Made by a program: the position numbers and the translations under genes. Shown here piece after piece: positions 44,251 to 54,991 of a DNA stretch of 64,000 nucleotides; within the stretch, counting starts at the first letter, position 1; the number at the start of each line of letters is the position of its first letter. The notes beneath the pieces were generated by a model. It saw only the letters and a list, made by a program, of their open reading frames with translations. It was not told the origin of the DNA and ran no database searches. The stretch lies in the sequence record MK295204; one strand, 5' to 3'. This DNA is from Shigella phage vB_SdyM_006.

Positions 44251-46313
44251 TGAATTATTACGATAAAATAGATGAAGTTGTCTCAAACTTCGCCCATCCA
44301 TGTGAAGGTGAAGTGCCAGATGGGTTCTATAGACGTGTTAAGTGGGAACTGTATAATCCATCAAAAGAAAATAAAGGCCCAGGAAATGGCGAAGAGTGGG
44401 ACACAGAGATAATTAAAATAGGGACTAGATTATACGATCAAAACCCTTTTGGGCATAAATCTGAAGAATTTCCAGAACCGCCAGTAGAAGGTGAAGGAGA
44501 AAAATGTAAATTCTGGTCTAAAAAAATAGGTGTTTGTTTTACAACTCAAAAAGAATTATCTGATTATGTAGAATCTATTGGGTCCAAACTTTTACCTGGT
44601 AATGATTGGTATGGTGCGGATTTATCAAAATCACATTTATTTAAAACAGCAAATGAATATAACATGTATCGTATAGAAAATGCCGGCGGGACTTGGACTA
44701 AATTAGGTCCTTCTATAGATAAACGAACTATGTTAATGGTTGATAAAGATTATAATATTTTAATTAATTATGATGGGGTTGAAGGGTCTAGGTCTGCTTA
44801 CTTAAAACACTATGAAGATAAACCTTGTACTTATGTTGGTATTCGCTTAAATCTTGATATTGATTTAAGTGTCCCGGGTATACCAGAATCAGAACCACCT
44901 ACAATAGGAAGTTTACCACCAGAATTACCAGCATTAATATTTGCTGCTAGAAGTTTACCCGCAATAGGTTGTATTCCATTTAAGGCTAAATTTCCTTATA
45001 ATGGGTTATCACAAGCAATAGTTGAAGCATGGAATGAATCAAGGCGTTCATTTAAATTAATGTGGGCCAATATTCCAGGACTACCTGAAGGTGAAGGTTC
45101 AATTTGGAGTACAATGTATTCTGGCGTGTCTATTGCTATGGAAGAACTTGGTAATGCGGCTTTAAGTATGTGCCAATACGTGCAACAAATGGCATGGAAC
45201 GCATTTAAAGAAATTATTTCGCAGGCTCTTAATATAGTTGGTGCTGGTTGGGATTTATTAAAATCATTTATCCCTAAAGTTACTATTCTTGGAATAACTT
45301 TTGATATTGAAGATATTTGTACTTCTGGTGATGGTTTACAAAAATTAAAAGATGCTTTTTCTAATTTTGATACAGAAAAAATAATAGAAAGTATATATGC
45401 ATTTATTGGAAGTGCTTACGAATATTCTGTAGAATATGTAAAAGTATTTTCTCGTGACTTAATAGATGCGTTAACAGATTTATATGATTATTTGTGGTAT
45501 GTGTTGATGACAGCAGGTGTTGCTTTATGTAAGACCCTTGTTAATTTAGCAGAAATCTGGTCTATCCCACCATGGATTCCAAACCCTTTATGGAATGTAG
45601 TTATTGCTGTAAAAGAGTTAATGAAACAAATAGAACCTTTAGATATGATTCTTAAAGGTGGATTTCCTGGTTTTACGGCATCAGATTTGTATTATATGGT
45701 TGAACGAGAAGTTAAAAAAGTTATAGACGAAACTTATGCAAAAATAGAATCATTTAAAAACCAAGCCATAGCTTTATGGGAACAAGTAAAAGAAGCTAAA
45801 GATAATTGGCAGCGAGAATCAATAGGATTTAAACAATATCTTAAAGGCATGTATGGTGCTGTAACTGAAGAGCTCACAAAACAAAAAGAAGCCTTAGTTA
45901 AACAGGCTAAAGATATATACGAATCATTATTGGCAAAATATGAAGCATTAAATATAAATATAGATACACTCAAAGCTTCTGTTTCTAATGTCTTAGAACT
46001 TGCATTAAATGAATTAAGACAGCTTCCTTTAGTGGCTCAAATAGAACAACTTTTATCATTAATAGGTTCATCTCTAGATGAAATGATAACAACTATTAAA
46101 AATGGTATAACTGGCGCACAAACGTTATACAAAAATTTTACAGATGGAAGCAGATCATTAAAAGATATATGTAAGTACATATTCAGCCAAATATCTACAT
46201 TATCATTGAGTAAAGTAACACAATGGATTAATAAATTATTGAGCATATTTGGATTAGAAATAAAGTTTCCTGAACTAGAATTGTGTATACCATACGTAAA
46301 ATACGAGGAATAA
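44250..46313 (+). CDS. Large protein of unknown function between gene 5 and gene 6
   Basis: 687-aa uninterrupted ORF, start overlaps gp5 stop (TAATG); cysteine-containing N-terminal region, hydrophobic central segments, coiled-coil C-terminus; no PAAR-like motif seen. Confidence 0.7.
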   Translation: MNYYDKIDEVVSNFAHPCEGEVPDGFYRRVKWELYNPSKENKGPGNGEEWDTEIIKIGTRLYDQNPFGHKSEEFPEPPVEGEGEKCKFWSKKIGVCFTTQKELSDYVESIGSKLLPGNDWYGADLSKSHLFKTANEYNMYRIENAGGTWTKLGPSIDKRTMLMVDKDYNILINYDGVEGSRSAYLKHYEDKPCTYVGIRLNLDIDLSVPGIPESEPPTIGSLPPELPALIFAARSLPAIGCIPFKAKFPYNGLSQAIVEAWNESRRSFKLMWANIPGLPEGEGSIWSTMYSGVSIAMEELGNAALSMCQYVQQMAWNAFKEIISQALNIVGAGWDLLKSFIPKVTILGITFDIEDICTSGDGLQKLKDAFSNFDTEKIIESIYAFIGSAYEYSVEYVKVFSRDLIDALTDLYDYLWYVLMTAGVALCKTLVNLAEIWSIPPWIPNPLWNVVIAVKELMKQIEPLDMILKGGFPGFTASDLYYMVEREVKKVIDETYAKIESFKNQAIALWEQVKEAKDNWQRESIGFKQYLKGMYGAVTEELTKQKEALVKQAKDIYESLLAKYEALNINIDTLKASVSNVLELALNELRQLPLVAQIEQLLSLIGSSLDEMITTIKNGITGAQTLYKNFTDGSRSLKDICKYIFSQISTLSLSKVTQWINKLLSIFGLEIKFPELELCIPYVKYEE

Positions 46314-46314
46314 A

Positions 46315-48234
46315 ATGGATTTAATTAAGAAACAAATAAACAGTATTCCTGAAGTATACACTTCAGCTACTTTTGACGAAATAAAAAATGATTGGATTAA
46401 CTGGTTAAGAGGGCAAGATGAATTTAAAGACTATGATTTTAAAGGTTCTAGATTAAATGTTCTTTTAGATTTATTATCTTATAATGTCCTTTATATCCAA
46501 CAATTTAGTAATTCTGCTTTATATGAATCGTTTATAAGAACAGCTTCTTTAAGGTCTTCAGTTGTTCAGGCTGCACAAGACATGGGATATTTTCCATCTT
46601 CTATGACTGCCGCTGAATGTTCTATAATGTTAGAATGTACGCATAAATTAAAACCACAAAGTATTAAAATCCCAAGAGGTACTAAATTTTTAGCTTCATC
46701 TAAAGATGGCCCAACTCAGCCTTATAACTTTGTGGTAAAAGAAGACGTTAACGTTGTAAAAAGTAAAGACGACAAATATTACCCTATAATTAACTTAGTC
46801 CAAGGGCGTGTTGTTAGAACTGAATTAGAATACGACCCAAATCAACAGATTTTGATTCGTGATAAATTTATGGATAGACACACAGTTAGGGTTATGGTTA
46901 ATGGTGTTAAATGGGAAGACTGGACAGAAAAATCAATTGTTAATATCTCCGGAACAAGCCATGTGTTTTATATGAGAGAAACAATTGACGAATACACCGA
47001 ACTATTTTTTGGTGAAGGCCAAGCAGATTATTCTATTGTTGATGGAAGTTTACAAAGTAATTATATTGGTGGGTTAAAACCTGTTGCTGGAAGTAATATT
47101 GTAATTGAATATATTAGAACAGATGGCGGCAAAGCTAATGGGTCTATTAACTTTAGCTATGCTGATACATTGCAATACGTTTCTGTTGTTAATATAATAG
47201 AAAATTATGATGAAACAGAAGATTATATTGGCGCTTTTGGTGGCGGTGATCCTGAAGATATCGAAAGAATTCGTGAACTTGGCCCTATAAAACGAGAATC
47301 TCAACGCCGTTGTGTAACAGCAACAGATTATGAGTCATTCGTTTCAGAAAGATTTGGGCCTATTGTCCAGGCTGTTCAATGTTTTACAGATAGAGATAAA
47401 CCTGGTTATGCATTTATTGCTATAAAGCCAAAAGAAGGTTTAAGATTATCATCTGTGCAAAGAGAAGATATTCAGAATTACCTTAAAGAATACAATATTT
47501 CTACCATAACACCTAGTATTATGTCTCCTAATTATATGTTCTTAAAACATAAAGTTAAAGTTACATATTCTATGAACAAACTTTCTGAATCTGAGCAATG
47601 GTTAAAAGGTAAAATCATTGACCAAATTGACACATATTATAAAGATGAAGTAGAAATATTTAACAAAAGTTTTCATAAATCTAAAATGTTAACTTATGTT
47701 GATGATGCTGATATTTCTATATTAGGTTCTTCTGCCGAAATAACAATGGTTAGAGAACTAGAAAATTTCTTTAAAACTCCTATGTCTGGTGTAAAATATA
47801 ATAATAAAATATTACCACGTGGTCTTATTAGTAATGTATTTGAATACACAGTTAATGATGAGCTATCGTATGGTGTTAGATTAGCTTCAACTGAGCCTAA
47901 AGGCGATTTAAAAGAAGGTAAAATTGTTATAGGTCCATTTAGACAAGGAGATATTAAAATAAGTCCTTATTTGGGAACTGATTTTGAAAAATTAAAAACA
48001 ACAGATACAAGAAATAGTTATTTTGTTGTTGGTAAAATAATCCATGAAGAGGATTATATCTATTGGGACCTTGGACAATTAAATGTGACAAGTGATAAAT
48101 TTTTAGTCCCGAGTATAGAATTATACGGAACTCCAGGAGATTCTAATATCTTTACAAAAGATGGGTCATTAATTGTATTTGAAAATAATTTAAGACCCGA
48201 ATACACAGAAATTATTATGGAGCCTATAGCTTAA
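46315..48234 (+). CDS. 6: Baseplate wedge protein gp6
   Basis: 639 aa (T4 gp6 is 660 aa); synteny. Confidence 0.8.
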   Translation: MDLIKKQINSIPEVYTSATFDEIKNDWINWLRGQDEFKDYDFKGSRLNVLLDLLSYNVLYIQQFSNSALYESFIRTASLRSSVVQAAQDMGYFPSSMTAAECSIMLECTHKLKPQSIKIPRGTKFLASSKDGPTQPYNFVVKEDVNVVKSKDDKYYPIINLVQGRVVRTELEYDPNQQILIRDKFMDRHTVRVMVNGVKWEDWTEKSIVNISGTSHVFYMRETIDEYTELFFGEGQADYSIVDGSLQSNYIGGLKPVAGSNIVIEYIRTDGGKANGSINFSYADTLQYVSVVNIIENYDETEDYIGAFGGGDPEDIERIRELGPIKRESQRRCVTATDYESFVSERFGPIVQAVQCFTDRDKPGYAFIAIKPKEGLRLSSVQREDIQNYLKEYNISTITPSIMSPNYMFLKHKVKVTYSMNKLSESEQWLKGKIIDQIDTYYKDEVEIFNKSFHKSKMLTYVDDADISILGSSAEITMVRELENFFKTPMSGVKYNNKILPRGLISNVFEYTVNDELSYGVRLASTEPKGDLKEGKIVIGPFRQGDIKISPYLGTDFEKLKTTDTRNSYFVVGKIIHEEDYIYWDLGQLNVTSDKFLVPSIELYGTPGDSNIFTKDGSLIVFENNLRPEYTEIIMEPIA

Positions 48235-51200
48235 TGAAAGCACCTAAAGTTACTAGTCTAAGAATAATAAAATTATCAGCAAACCAGGTTCATGTTAAAT
48301 GGGACCCAGTAGGAAGTAATTTTTATTATTTTGTCGAACTAGCAGAAACAAGAAATAACGGAACTCAGGTTCCGTTAGACAAATTACAATGGCAAAGCCT
48401 GAATTATAGCTCAGATAATGACCGATTTATTAGTATTGGAATAACTCCTAATACCCATTATATGATTAGAGTTTCAGTAAGGGCTAAAGGGTTTGAACAA
48501 TCTGACTGGGCTTATACAGAAGAATTTTTAACATTTAAAACTAATGCGTATTCTTTTGATCATATGAAGGAGTTTACACTATCTGAGAAATTTATTAGTG
48601 AAAAGTTTATTAATAACAACGTGAATTATGTGAATTTTAATACAGATCAGTTATTGGCTTCATTGATGTCTGAAGATTTCCAGTTTACAGCAAAATATAG
48701 CGATGTGTCTCAGGTTTCTAATAAAATTTTAAAAGAAGCTAATTTCCATGAAATACAAGGAACACCTGAAGGCATAACAAGGGTATGTTCTGATATAAAC
48801 CGGGTTATGCCTGCTGAAATGGATGGCGTTTTATATCTGTTTGAGAGATTCCAAAATGTTGTTAAGGTGTCTAATGATAAAGGCCAAACATGGAAGTATT
48901 ATAAAGCTTTAGATGACCGTGTAGGCAATCCAGTTTCTAAGACATGTATTTACCAATCAGATACAACATCGTACGTACTAGGATATGATAGAGTGTTTTA
49001 TGGACGTAGAAGTTCTGATGTTAGATGGTCTGATGACCAACACAGATTCTCAGAAACTGATTTAACATTTGCTAAAATCGGTGATACTTTAAATTTAGGA
49101 TTTGATGTTGAAGTATTCGGAACATTATCGTTTTTGCCTGGTAACGTAACAAGGTTTGCAGAAGCTATTGCAGCAAGCAATGGTTTTTTATACATCGCAG
49201 GTAAAAACAATCTTAGATTTTTAGATTTACAAAATGCTAAAGTTGATATGGACGAAGGGTCTATATCATACGGTAAAAAAATGTTTGATGAGAAAACCAT
49301 TAAAATAACAAGTAATGAAAATATTGTTGTTAAAAAGATGGATATCCTTAATGGCGAATTATATGTTTTGGTGACAGGCGAAGTTAAAAAATATTTTGAT
49401 GACCCTACTAATCCTAAAAATGTTATAGATTCTAAAGACAAAGGTGTCTACAAATTAGTTGATGGTTCATTTGTTAGAGTTTTTGGCAATAATAAAGAAG
49501 AACTTAGAAAAATAGAACATGAATATACTAATATGTCTACAGATGGTAAAGAACTCTTTATTAGTTATGCCAATTTTAAATACACTGAATACACTAAAGA
49601 CGATAATCTAGAAAATGGTATAAAGTATATAAAAACTGAAAGTGGATTATCTGATAAACACTATCATATGGGTTCTATTAGAACATCTGACGGCGATAAT
49701 TGGAAAGCATATTATATGAGTTATTATGCAGAACCTTGGTTTACATGGATGAATAGAACTAAAACCAGGGTGTGGATTAATAATGATAATAGACCTGTTG
49801 TTATATACCCATCAAAAACATACACAAAAATAATCGATACCGTTGGTCCAACAGGTGAAGACCGGGTTGTCAAAGAAGTTTGGGATAAAGGCCATGGCAC
49901 ATTTTATTGCAAGAATGTATTCTTTGAAGGGTTTAAACAATATTCTGGTGGGGTTTTAATTCATAAAAGTTCTGGCGAAATAGTTGGTTATTATGAATAC
50001 AATTATCGTGTTCGTGATAACGCTCAGATTATATGGATACCTAAACTTATTTGTCTAGAAGCAACTTTGCAAAATCAAGTTCACCCAGAAATATGGGAAC
50101 CAAAACATAATGAAGGTGAAAAAGACCCAGATTTAAGGCCTTTATTAAACACAATGATTCCAGATAGTTATCTATTACAAAATAGTAATTTTGAAAAATT
50201 CTGTGAGTATTATCTCCAATTTTTATCAGATGGTAAAAATACACATTACAATAAATTACTAAATTTAATACGTAATAAGTACCCAAGAGAAACTGATTCT
50301 GTTGAATACTTGTGGTCTGAAATAAATAAGCGAAACATTTATTTAGACAAAGAAAAAAGAGATCAAGTTATTAGATTTTTTGAATCAAGAAAATCAGACT
50401 TCTATAGTACAAAAGGGACTGAGGCAAGTTATAAATTCCTGTTTAAATTATTATATAATGAAGACGTTGAAATAGAAATAGAATCTAATTCTGGGTTAGA
50501 ATACGACATCGTTGTTTATTCCGATAATATTAACGAAGACATAGTTGGAAGAACAATATACACCCCAACTGGTCGATGTAATGTTACATATATCGAAAGA
50601 GAATACTCTGAAGGTAAATTACAATGGCGTATGACGATTCATAATATGATAGGACGCTTTTTGGTTGGCCAGAATGTTTTAGGCGAACGTAGTGATTTTA
50701 AAGGTCAAATAATCCAAGGTATAAAAGGAAAGGAAATATTATCTAATAAAGAAGACCTAGCTAATAGATCAAGAAGCTATTATGTTATGAAAATAAAATC
50801 TAAACTACCAACTTCTAGATATTCTTCTGATGTTTTGAGATTTGTTCATCCTGTTGGATTTGGATTTATTGGAATAACTCTATTAACAATGTTTATTAAT
50901 TCTGGGTTATCATTAAAACATTCTGAAACTATAATTAATAAATTAATAACATATAGATATGATTCTGGATATCCTTTAGTTTGGCCTGATAGAGTAGCAA
51001 TATTAAAAAATGATATCATAGAGCGAGACCCTGTAACAGGTGATGCATTATATACTTTGCATCCTAAAGCTGGTGAAGATTTTGATATCCCGGATGATTA
51101 TGATAAAAATGAAGGATTCATTGGTCCAGAAAAACCGTATACAAATATGGCTGAGTATTTAAAAAATGTTCCTCCTTCTAAAAGGAGAAATCATTATAGT

Positions 51201-51341
51201 CCTTTATTTGACCAATCTGGATTAACTTATTCTATATTCAGAGATATGACTACGTTGCTTATTCAAAGAGATAAATATAGATATAAAGATAATATTAATA
51301 ATCCAAGAGACCCTGAAAATCCTACACAGGAGAAAGTATAA
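48234..51341 (+). CDS. 7: Baseplate wedge protein gp7
   Basis: 1035 aa (T4 gp7 is 1032 aa); synteny. Confidence 0.85.
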   Translation: MKAPKVTSLRIIKLSANQVHVKWDPVGSNFYYFVELAETRNNGTQVPLDKLQWQSLNYSSDNDRFISIGITPNTHYMIRVSVRAKGFEQSDWAYTEEFLTFKTNAYSFDHMKEFTLSEKFISEKFINNNVNYVNFNTDQLLASLMSEDFQFTAKYSDVSQVSNKILKEANFHEIQGTPEGITRVCSDINRVMPAEMDGVLYLFERFQNVVKVSNDKGQTWKYYKALDDRVGNPVSKTCIYQSDTTSYVLGYDRVFYGRRSSDVRWSDDQHRFSETDLTFAKIGDTLNLGFDVEVFGTLSFLPGNVTRFAEAIAASNGFLYIAGKNNLRFLDLQNAKVDMDEGSISYGKKMFDEKTIKITSNENIVVKKMDILNGELYVLVTGEVKKYFDDPTNPKNVIDSKDKGVYKLVDGSFVRVFGNNKEELRKIEHEYTNMSTDGKELFISYANFKYTEYTKDDNLENGIKYIKTESGLSDKHYHMGSIRTSDGDNWKAYYMSYYAEPWFTWMNRTKTRVWINNDNRPVVIYPSKTYTKIIDTVGPTGEDRVVKEVWDKGHGTFYCKNVFFEGFKQYSGGVLIHKSSGEIVGYYEYNYRVRDNAQIIWIPKLICLEATLQNQVHPEIWEPKHNEGEKDPDLRPLLNTMIPDSYLLQNSNFEKFCEYYLQFLSDGKNTHYNKLLNLIRNKYPRETDSVEYLWSEINKRNIYLDKEKRDQVIRFFESRKSDFYSTKGTEASYKFLFKLLYNEDVEIEIESNSGLEYDIVVYSDNINEDIVGRTIYTPTGRCNVTYIEREYSEGKLQWRMTIHNMIGRFLVGQNVLGERSDFKGQIIQGIKGKEILSNKEDLANRSRSYYVMKIKSKLPTSRYSSDVLRFVHPVGFGFIGITLLTMFINSGLSLKHSETIINKLITYRYDSGYPLVWPDRVAILKNDIIERDPVTGDALYTLHPKAGEDFDIPDDYDKNEGFIGPEKPYTNMAEYLKNVPPSKRRNHYSPLFDQSGLTYSIFRDMTTLLIQRDKYRYKDNINNPRDPENPTQEKV

Positions 51342-52348
51342 TGGATTCAGTAGAATTATATAGATCGGTTGTTACATCAAAGTTTAGAACCGGTAAATTA
51401 TTAAGTTTTTATGATGCAATAGGTGATTCAGAGGCCAAAACTACAATTTATGTTGGTTTTGGCCGACAGGAACCTTGGGCTGATAACGAAAAAGATATTG
51501 GATTCGCTCCACCTTATCCAATAGATGATGTATCAGGTGTTTCTGATATGTGGACACATATGATAGGTTTAATGAAGGTTGATAAAAGTTTAGTTGACGC
51601 TTTAATTCCTAGACGTGATTGGGGAGATTCAAGATATCCTAACCCAAGAACATTTAATATTGGTGATATTGTAGTTACAAATAGTGCGCCATATAATCAG
51701 ACTGATATAGGCGATGGGTGGAAAGTTTACCGAGTTATTGATATCCCAAAAACTGGTGTGTGTTCGATAAGCAATATTAAAGATAAAGAAGAATGCATTA
51801 AATTAGGTGGAACTTGGACACCATCTTACGAATCTGTGTTTCCACCAAAAGGACGTGGTGATGCTGAAAAAGGTGGATTAGTGGATATGGAAGATGGATA
51901 TCTATGGGAATATCTTTATACTATTCCACCTGATGTATCTATTAATAGATGTACAAACGAATATATTGTTGTTCCAACTCCAGATGAATTAGGACAAGAC
52001 CTAGAGCGCTGGGGATATGAAGACAATTTATCGTGGCAACAAAACGATAATAATCTTGTTTACAGACTTAAAGTTGTCACATTACGTTTTAGAGCGTTTA
52101 TGGATTCTGTATATTTTCCAGAAGCTTCATGGCCAGGGAATAATGGGTTCAGACAAATATGTGTTGTTATTAATCCATTAGAAAAGAAACAATTTCCAAA
52201 TGATAAAAATGTTAAAGCAACTAAAAACTATTATCGAGTATCTCAAGTAGAACGACACTCAGGTGAAATGATTTATTTAGAAAACAGGCCTCCTATAACA
52301 AGGTCAATAGATCAAACAGAACTTATTGATTTAGTTTTCAGTTTTTAA
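51341..52348 (+). CDS. 8: Baseplate wedge protein gp8
   Basis: 335 aa (T4 gp8 is 334 aa); synteny. Confidence 0.85.
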   Translation: MDSVELYRSVVTSKFRTGKLLSFYDAIGDSEAKTTIYVGFGRQEPWADNEKDIGFAPPYPIDDVSGVSDMWTHMIGLMKVDKSLVDALIPRRDWGDSRYPNPRTFNIGDIVVTNSAPYNQTDIGDGWKVYRVIDIPKTGVCSISNIKDKEECIKLGGTWTPSYESVFPPKGRGDAEKGGLVDMEDGYLWEYLYTIPPDVSINRCTNEYIVVPTPDELGQDLERWGYEDNLSWQQNDNNLVYRLKVVTLRFRAFMDSVYFPEASWPGNNGFRQICVVINPLEKKQFPNDKNVKATKNYYRVSQVERHSGEMIYLENRPPITRSIDQTELIDLVFSF

Positions 52349-52352
52349 ATTA

Positions 52353-52374
52353 GGAGACTTCGGTCTCCTTTTTT
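52353..52374 (+). terminator. Rho-independent terminator: GGAGAC-UUCG-GUCUCC plus U6
   Basis: Read directly, immediately after the gp8 stop and before the gene 9 late promoter. Confidence 0.6.
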
Positions 52375-52375
52375 G

Positions 52376-52383
52376 TATAAATA
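52376..52383 (+). promoter_or_regulatory. Late promoter TATAAATA for gene 9
   Basis: Exact TATAAATA about 24 nt upstream of the gene 9 ATG. Confidence 0.6.
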
Positions 52384-52406
52384 AGGATATATAACGAGGA
52401 CTCAAT

Positions 52407-53258
52407 ATGCAAGAATTCAAAACACTTATTGACACCGGTATTAAAGGAAATTCTTCAACTGGGGATATTTTATACGACGGTGGCGAAAAACTAAATATCA
52501 ATATGAACAATATCTATAATACTTTTGGTGATTATAGATTATTTGATGAAACACTTCAAGGCCAAGGAAAACAGAAACTTCATGCCACTGGGTATTACCA
52601 AAAACATACAAGAATGTATTATTTAGATACTCCTGAAGGCATAGAAATGGGTTCACTTCATGATGTTGATACAAGTTCAGGTAAATTAGATATTAAACTT
52701 CCAGCTGCTAAATTGGGCGAAGGAATTGTCATTATCAATAGTAATGGGTCTTTAAGTAAAGACACCCCTGTAATATTATCTGCTTTTGGTTCTGATACTA
52801 TTTTAGGTCATGGTGCAAGATTATCACTTGAAATGCCTAAAACAAAAACTACACTATGGTGCACACGTCAAGACCAAGGTATTGGTGTATGGGAATACAG
52901 AATAGAATCTATGTTTGGCAATCATCAACTTGCTGTAGATTCTGACTTATTACTAGATACATCCGAAAAAACCATAGAACTTGGAAACGTTGACCACTAC
53001 AATACAATAAAACTACTTCTACATGGTGTATCTCAAAACCAAAAGTCGTTTAAAAGCTCAGAAATGTTGATATCTATTTTACATTCTTCAGGCGAAGTTT
53101 ATAAAACAGAATACGCAGTTTTAAAAAATAATGGAGATTTGTTTTCAATAGATTTTGTTATAGATTCTGGAATTTTAAAGGCTAAAGTAAAATCATTATC
53201 AGGAAACGTAGCTTTTTCTATTAAATCTATTGGAACTATTAAGGTAGGAGCCGTATGA
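52407..53258 (+). CDS. 9: Baseplate protein gp9 (long tail fibre socket)
   Basis: 283 aa (T4 gp9 is 288 aa); synteny. Confidence 0.8.
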   Translation: MQEFKTLIDTGIKGNSSTGDILYDGGEKLNINMNNIYNTFGDYRLFDETLQGQGKQKLHATGYYQKHTRMYYLDTPEGIEMGSLHDVDTSSGKLDIKLPAAKLGEGIVIINSNGSLSKDTPVILSAFGSDTILGHGARLSLEMPKTKTTLWCTRQDQGIGVWEYRIESMFGNHQLAVDSDLLLDTSEKTIELGNVDHYNTIKLLLHGVSQNQKSFKSSEMLISILHSSGEVYKTEYAVLKNNGDLFSIDFVIDSGILKAKVKSLSGNVAFSIKSIGTIKVGAV

Positions 53259-54991
53259 TACAAGTAATTAATATTGGTAATACTGTCGATGACGGGACTG
53301 GCGACTATTTACGTAAAGGTGGCCAAAAAACAAACGCAAACTTTAAAGAAATATATCATGAATTAGGCGATGATAAAATCCTACATTCTGCCGGAGCATG
53401 GAAAACATTTACTGCCAAATCTGGTGCTTTAACACCGTCTTTTGGACAATCTTTGGCTCTAAATACATTAGAAGGCCCAATAAACATAACTTTACCTAAA
53501 GGAACTGCATCTGATTATAATAAAGTTATTAGAATTAGAGATGTGTGGAATTCTTGGGAAAAGTCTCCTGTTAACGTGATTGCATCTAAAGGCGATACAA
53601 TAAAAGGTTCTTCGGGTTCTAAGAAATTTGACAAGAACTTAATGGACTTAGAATTAGTATATTGTGCTCCTGGGCGTTGGGAATATGTAGAAAATAAACG
53701 TGTTGATAGATTAACAAATCCTAATATGTCAACTGTTATTAAAAGAAGTATTATTGCTAAGCAAGGTCAAAAAGATTTTTTAGATATTTTCAATGGCAAT
53801 TTATATAATACACGTAATTTTGATGTTTATCGTCGTGGTAACATTTTGTACTATGGTGATAATTCATTTGATAAAGCAAATGCTGATTACGGATCTCCAG
53901 ACGGAGCTTCTAATATTAAAGCACTTGATGGCAAAAATGTTAGATTAAAAGATGCGTGTGAAGCAGGTGACGTAATTACTTTTATTTCGTTTTTAGACGG
54001 AATTGATTCCTGGAAAAGTTCTTATAATAGAAAAATTGTGGCTTTAGTTGATAAGGCTTTAAGTTCAGAAAAAACAATCCCAGGTCGATTAATATCGGTC
54101 GATTTTACAAAATGGCCACTTGAGATATCAATGAATGATTTTGGGTTCTTTGACGGTGAATCTGCGAATCCATATGCATTAGAAGTTCTTGTGAATGGTG
54201 TTCAGTATACTCAATTAAACGATGCAAACACTGCGACAATGACCGGTGATTATGAATTTAAAATGGTTAACGGTAAAATAGAATCTATTGTCTTCCATAC
54301 AAGATTGGCTCATAATGATAATATTGTTCTACGCTGGTTCAATAATGACATAGGAACAACTCTTCCTATTGAAGAAATAACAGCTATAACAGACCAAATG
54401 TACGTTGCTTCAGAAACTGTAAGGGTTTCAAATAGAATAGCGTATACTGATACTGATAATCCTTCTCAGAAAACTAAAATTTCTATTGATGACGATGGCG
54501 ATTATAAAGTAAATAATGTGTCTAAAATGTTTGACTTATTTTATCCTATTGGGACAATTTATGAAAATGCTCATAATGCAGCGAATCCGGCTACATATAT
54601 GGGTATAGGAACATGGGTAAGATATGCAGAAGGTATGACAACGGTTGGTTGGAACTCTGATTCAAATGATAAAAATTTCCATTATAATAATTCGGATTTA
54701 AATGCCCAAGGTATTCCATCTAAAACAGCTGGTGGTAAAGTTGGTAAAGCATTTATTGCTTTAGAAAAAGCAAATCTTCCTGGAACCGAAACTAATGAAG
54801 AAGTTCTTATTAAAGACAAGAATGGGACTATTATTATTGGTGGGTGTCAATTTGACCCTGATGATGAAGGTCCTGGATATGATAAGTATAGAGAAGATAA
54901 AGCAACAATTGGGGTTAAATCAGATTATGGACGAGAATTTAGTTTAATTCAACCGTCTATTACTACGTATAAATGGATAAGGGTAGCATAA
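53255..54991 (+). CDS. 10: Baseplate wedge protein gp10
   Basis: 578 aa (T4 gp10 is 602 aa); synteny. Confidence 0.8.
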   Translation: MIQVINIGNTVDDGTGDYLRKGGQKTNANFKEIYHELGDDKILHSAGAWKTFTAKSGALTPSFGQSLALNTLEGPINITLPKGTASDYNKVIRIRDVWNSWEKSPVNVIASKGDTIKGSSGSKKFDKNLMDLELVYCAPGRWEYVENKRVDRLTNPNMSTVIKRSIIAKQGQKDFLDIFNGNLYNTRNFDVYRRGNILYYGDNSFDKANADYGSPDGASNIKALDGKNVRLKDACEAGDVITFISFLDGIDSWKSSYNRKIVALVDKALSSEKTIPGRLISVDFTKWPLEISMNDFGFFDGESANPYALEVLVNGVQYTQLNDANTATMTGDYEFKMVNGKIESIVFHTRLAHNDNIVLRWFNNDIGTTLPIEEITAITDQMYVASETVRVSNRIAYTDTDNPSQKTKISIDDDGDYKVNNVSKMFDLFYPIGTIYENAHNAANPATYMGIGTWVRYAEGMTTVGWNSDSNDKNFHYNNSDLNAQGIPSKTAGGKVGKAFIALEKANLPGTETNEEVLIKDKNGTIIIGGCQFDPDDEGPGYDKYREDKATIGVKSDYGREFSLIQPSITTYKWIRVA

